This document shows positions 62,473-64,000 of a stretch of 64,000 bases of DNA, piece after piece. The notes beneath the pieces were generated by a model, which was given only the letters and a program-made list of their open reading frames with translations, was not told the DNA's origin and ran no database searches. Position 1 is the stretch's first letter, and the number at the start of each line of letters is the position of its first letter. The translations under genes and the position numbers were made by a program. Origin of the DNA: Kiritimatiellia bacterium (lineage in GTDB: Bacteria; Verrucomicrobiota; Kiritimatiellia; RFP12; DVOR01); NCBI GenBank assembly GCA_036651955.1, contig JAVVWU010000005.1:1153-65152 (forward strand). The letters are read 5' to 3'.

Positions 62473-64000
62473 AAACGGTTCTCCCTCAACTTTATCCACC
62501 CCCCTGTCGTTATGAAACGTCCAGGGGGCTTTTTGTTCTGCCAACGCACGCACGCGTGATATTGGCAGGACCTTCATCTGAATTTGCGCCGCATCTGCGG
62601 TTATTAGAGGACGTTTTACCTTTAGAGGTGTCGCGCCAAATTCAGACGACGCCGGACGGTCAGAACTATCGATTGCAGCTTTTACCATTAGAGACGCTTT
62701 CAACTGCAAGTCTCAAGCTTCCTTTTGCTGATGAAGTCGATGCGTACGGAATGGAGATACGAGAAGATTCCATTGAGGCGTATGCGACCACATGCGAAGG
62801 CTTATATCGTGCCTGTGCGACGCTTCGCCAACTGCTGAAATCCGAGATCCCATGTGGAGAGATTACAGATGCGCCAACGTTGAGTGTACGTGGACTTATG
62901 TTGGACGTGAGCCGTGGGCGCACCTATAGTTTGCCGACACTCTTTTGGATTATTGACCGGATGGCAGAAATAAAGATGAATCGGCTTGAGCTTTATTTTG
63001 AAGCTATCTTTGCGTATTCAAAGCATTCATCCGTTTGGGAAAACAGTTCGCCTTACACCGCCGCGGATGTACAAATTCTTGCACGCTACTGTCACGATCG
63101 TTTTATTACATTGGTTCCGAATCAAAATACGTTGGGACACTTTGAACGGTGGTTCCGCCATAAGGACTATCTTCAATATGCAGAAATGCCACAAGGTGGA
63201 GCGATAACACCGTGGGGAAGCGTTCAAGAAGAGCCAACGGGACTTTGTACGACATCAGAGCCAACGGTTGAATTTGTCGCAGGATTATTAAACGAACTCC
63301 TTCCGAACTTTCCCGAGGCAACCGAAGCCAATCTTGGTGGTGATGAAGTTTTTGATCTTGGGCTTGGGCGATCACAAGGAAAAGGTGAACGAGGAGCGCT
63401 CTATCTTTCGTATCTTGTGCGCATTGCCTCTGTTGCAAGAAAGCAAGGTAAAACGCCAACTTTCTGGGCAGATATGCTCCTTCGTCATCCTGAAATAATC
63501 GCGCGCGCCAAAGAAATGTTACCTGATGCGCGATGGATTGTATGGGGCTATGAAGCAACCGATCCTTTGATAGAAAATGCACAACGGCTCATTCACGCCG
63601 GATTAGAAATCCTCGTTGCCCCCGGAACTTCTTCGTGGCGTAGTTTTTGTGGACGTACGACGAATACGCTTGAGAATATTCGATGCGCAGTCACGGCGGC
63701 ATGCCTTTCTCCTCGACAGAAACGCGGTTTACTTCTTACCGATTGGGGCGATGCAGGCCATTGGCAACCGTTGGTGATAATGCTTCCTGCACTTGTTTGG
63801 GCGGCATCATTGGCATGGAATGCAAACGATGACCTCAATCTTGCTTTTGCGCTTGATGATTTAACTCAAGTCCCAAACTTAGGCGCTTTTCTTTTGAAGT
63901 TGGGCGATACGTATCGTTTTACAGGAGTTGAAACGGGGAACGCGACACAACTCTTCAAACAGTTTTTGTTACCGCTTGATGCGCCGTCGCCATTCACACG
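62469..64000 (+). CDS. Glycoside hydrolase family 20 (beta-N-acetylhexosaminidase-like), 3' end outside window
   Basis: The frame stays open from the stop at 62448 to the window end. The N-domain reads LYPPPCRYETSRGLFVLPTHARVIL. The catalytic domain has VRGLMLDVSRG, NQNTLGHFERW and the D-E pair in NLGGDEVF. No ATG is available, so the start is GTG 62469 or TTG 62454, either of which overlaps the purC 3' end. Confidence 0.75.
   Translation, partial: MKTVLPQLYPPPCRYETSRGLFVLPTHARVILAGPSSEFAPHLRLLEDVLPLEVSRQIQTTPDGQNYRLQLLPLETLSTASLKLPFADEVDAYGMEIREDSIEAYATTCEGLYRACATLRQLLKSEIPCGEITDAPTLSVRGLMLDVSRGRTYSLPTLFWIIDRMAEIKMNRLELYFEAIFAYSKHSSVWENSSPYTAADVQILARYCHDRFITLVPNQNTLGHFERWFRHKDYLQYAEMPQGGAITPWGSVQEEPTGLCTTSEPTVEFVAGLLNELLPNFPEATEANLGGDEVFDLGLGRSQGKGERGALYLSYLVRIASVARKQGKTPTFWADMLLRHPEIIARAKEMLPDARWIVWGYEATDPLIENAQRLIHAGLEILVAPGTSSWRSFCGRTTNTLENIRCAVTAACLSPRQKRGLLLTDWGDAGHWQPLVIMLPALVWAASLAWNANDDLNLAFALDDLTQVPNLGAFLLKLGDTYRFTGVETGNATQLFKQFLLPLDAPSPFT

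Noticed and set aside
62499-62536. A simple annotation of this hairpin plus T-tract as the purC terminator, with the GH20 gene starting downstream at GTG 62556.
   Set aside because: The GH20 reading frame is open through the hairpin and encodes a typical GH20 N-terminal motif (LYPPPCRYETSRGLFVL). The hairpin is therefore reported as a finding to test rather than as a terminator feature.
1-64000. tRNA, rRNA, tmRNA, RNase P or SRP RNA genes in the larger intergenic gaps (12788-12986, 18644-18752, 22023-22297, 29762-30573, 35575-35833 and 60819-61557).
   Set aside because: I could not fold any cloverleaf or recognise conserved boxes by eye. This is a manual scan only. tRNAscan-SE or Infernal would be needed to exclude them formally.

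Overview
Gene-dense chromosomal segment with about 60 protein-coding genes and no rRNA, tRNA, CRISPR array or transposase that I could recognise. The gene content points to an anaerobic, diderm bacterium, probably from the PVC superphylum (Lentisphaerae/Verrucomicrobia-like). The evidence for that is an Lpt/Kdo LPS pathway, desulfoferrodoxin, a roughly 718-aa chlamydia-style long GreA, many prepilin-type genes, and glycan-degrading enzymes (M60-like peptidase, GH16, GH20). This taxonomic placement is an inference. Most of the window is housekeeping: (1) exbB/exbD/tonB-like genes coupled to a frameshifted M60-like peptidase; (2) an orphan gspI/J-like pair; (3) a kdsA-lptC-lptA-lptB-hpf-hprK-ptsH-ptsI-yihY block; (4) trmL, an AsmA-like gene, cysE and a metX-metW fusion; (5) comF, a split chromate-transporter pair and malic enzyme; (6) rodZ-like, ftsK, exbD/tolQ, argS and rpsO; (7) folC, rluA-family and GH16; (8) bioF, recD2 and dfx; (9) tpiA, ridA, kdsB, gpsA, plsY, aroQ and holB; (10) an ABC transporter, ilvA, nrnA and long greA; (11) purC and GH20. 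Four things stand out. First, a roughly 365-bp composite intergenic element occurs twice in the same orientation (29981-30347 and 61014-61378) and contains a strictly 22-bp-phased array of the palindrome TACCTCA-N-TGAGGTA. Second, a gspF-led operon (39741-48907) holds seven prepilin-type genes and a 1113-aa GspK-like protein, with no ATPase, secretin or prepilin peptidase nearby. Third, a visibly AT-rich islet of about 2 kb (33850-35830) carries a RhuM-family gene interrupted by an in-frame TAA that sits in the loop of a perfect 11-bp hairpin, plus a GNAT gene. Fourth, there are several unusual gene architectures: the MetX-MetW fusion, the long GreA and the frameshifted M60. All functional calls come from motif recognition by eye. 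No database search was run.
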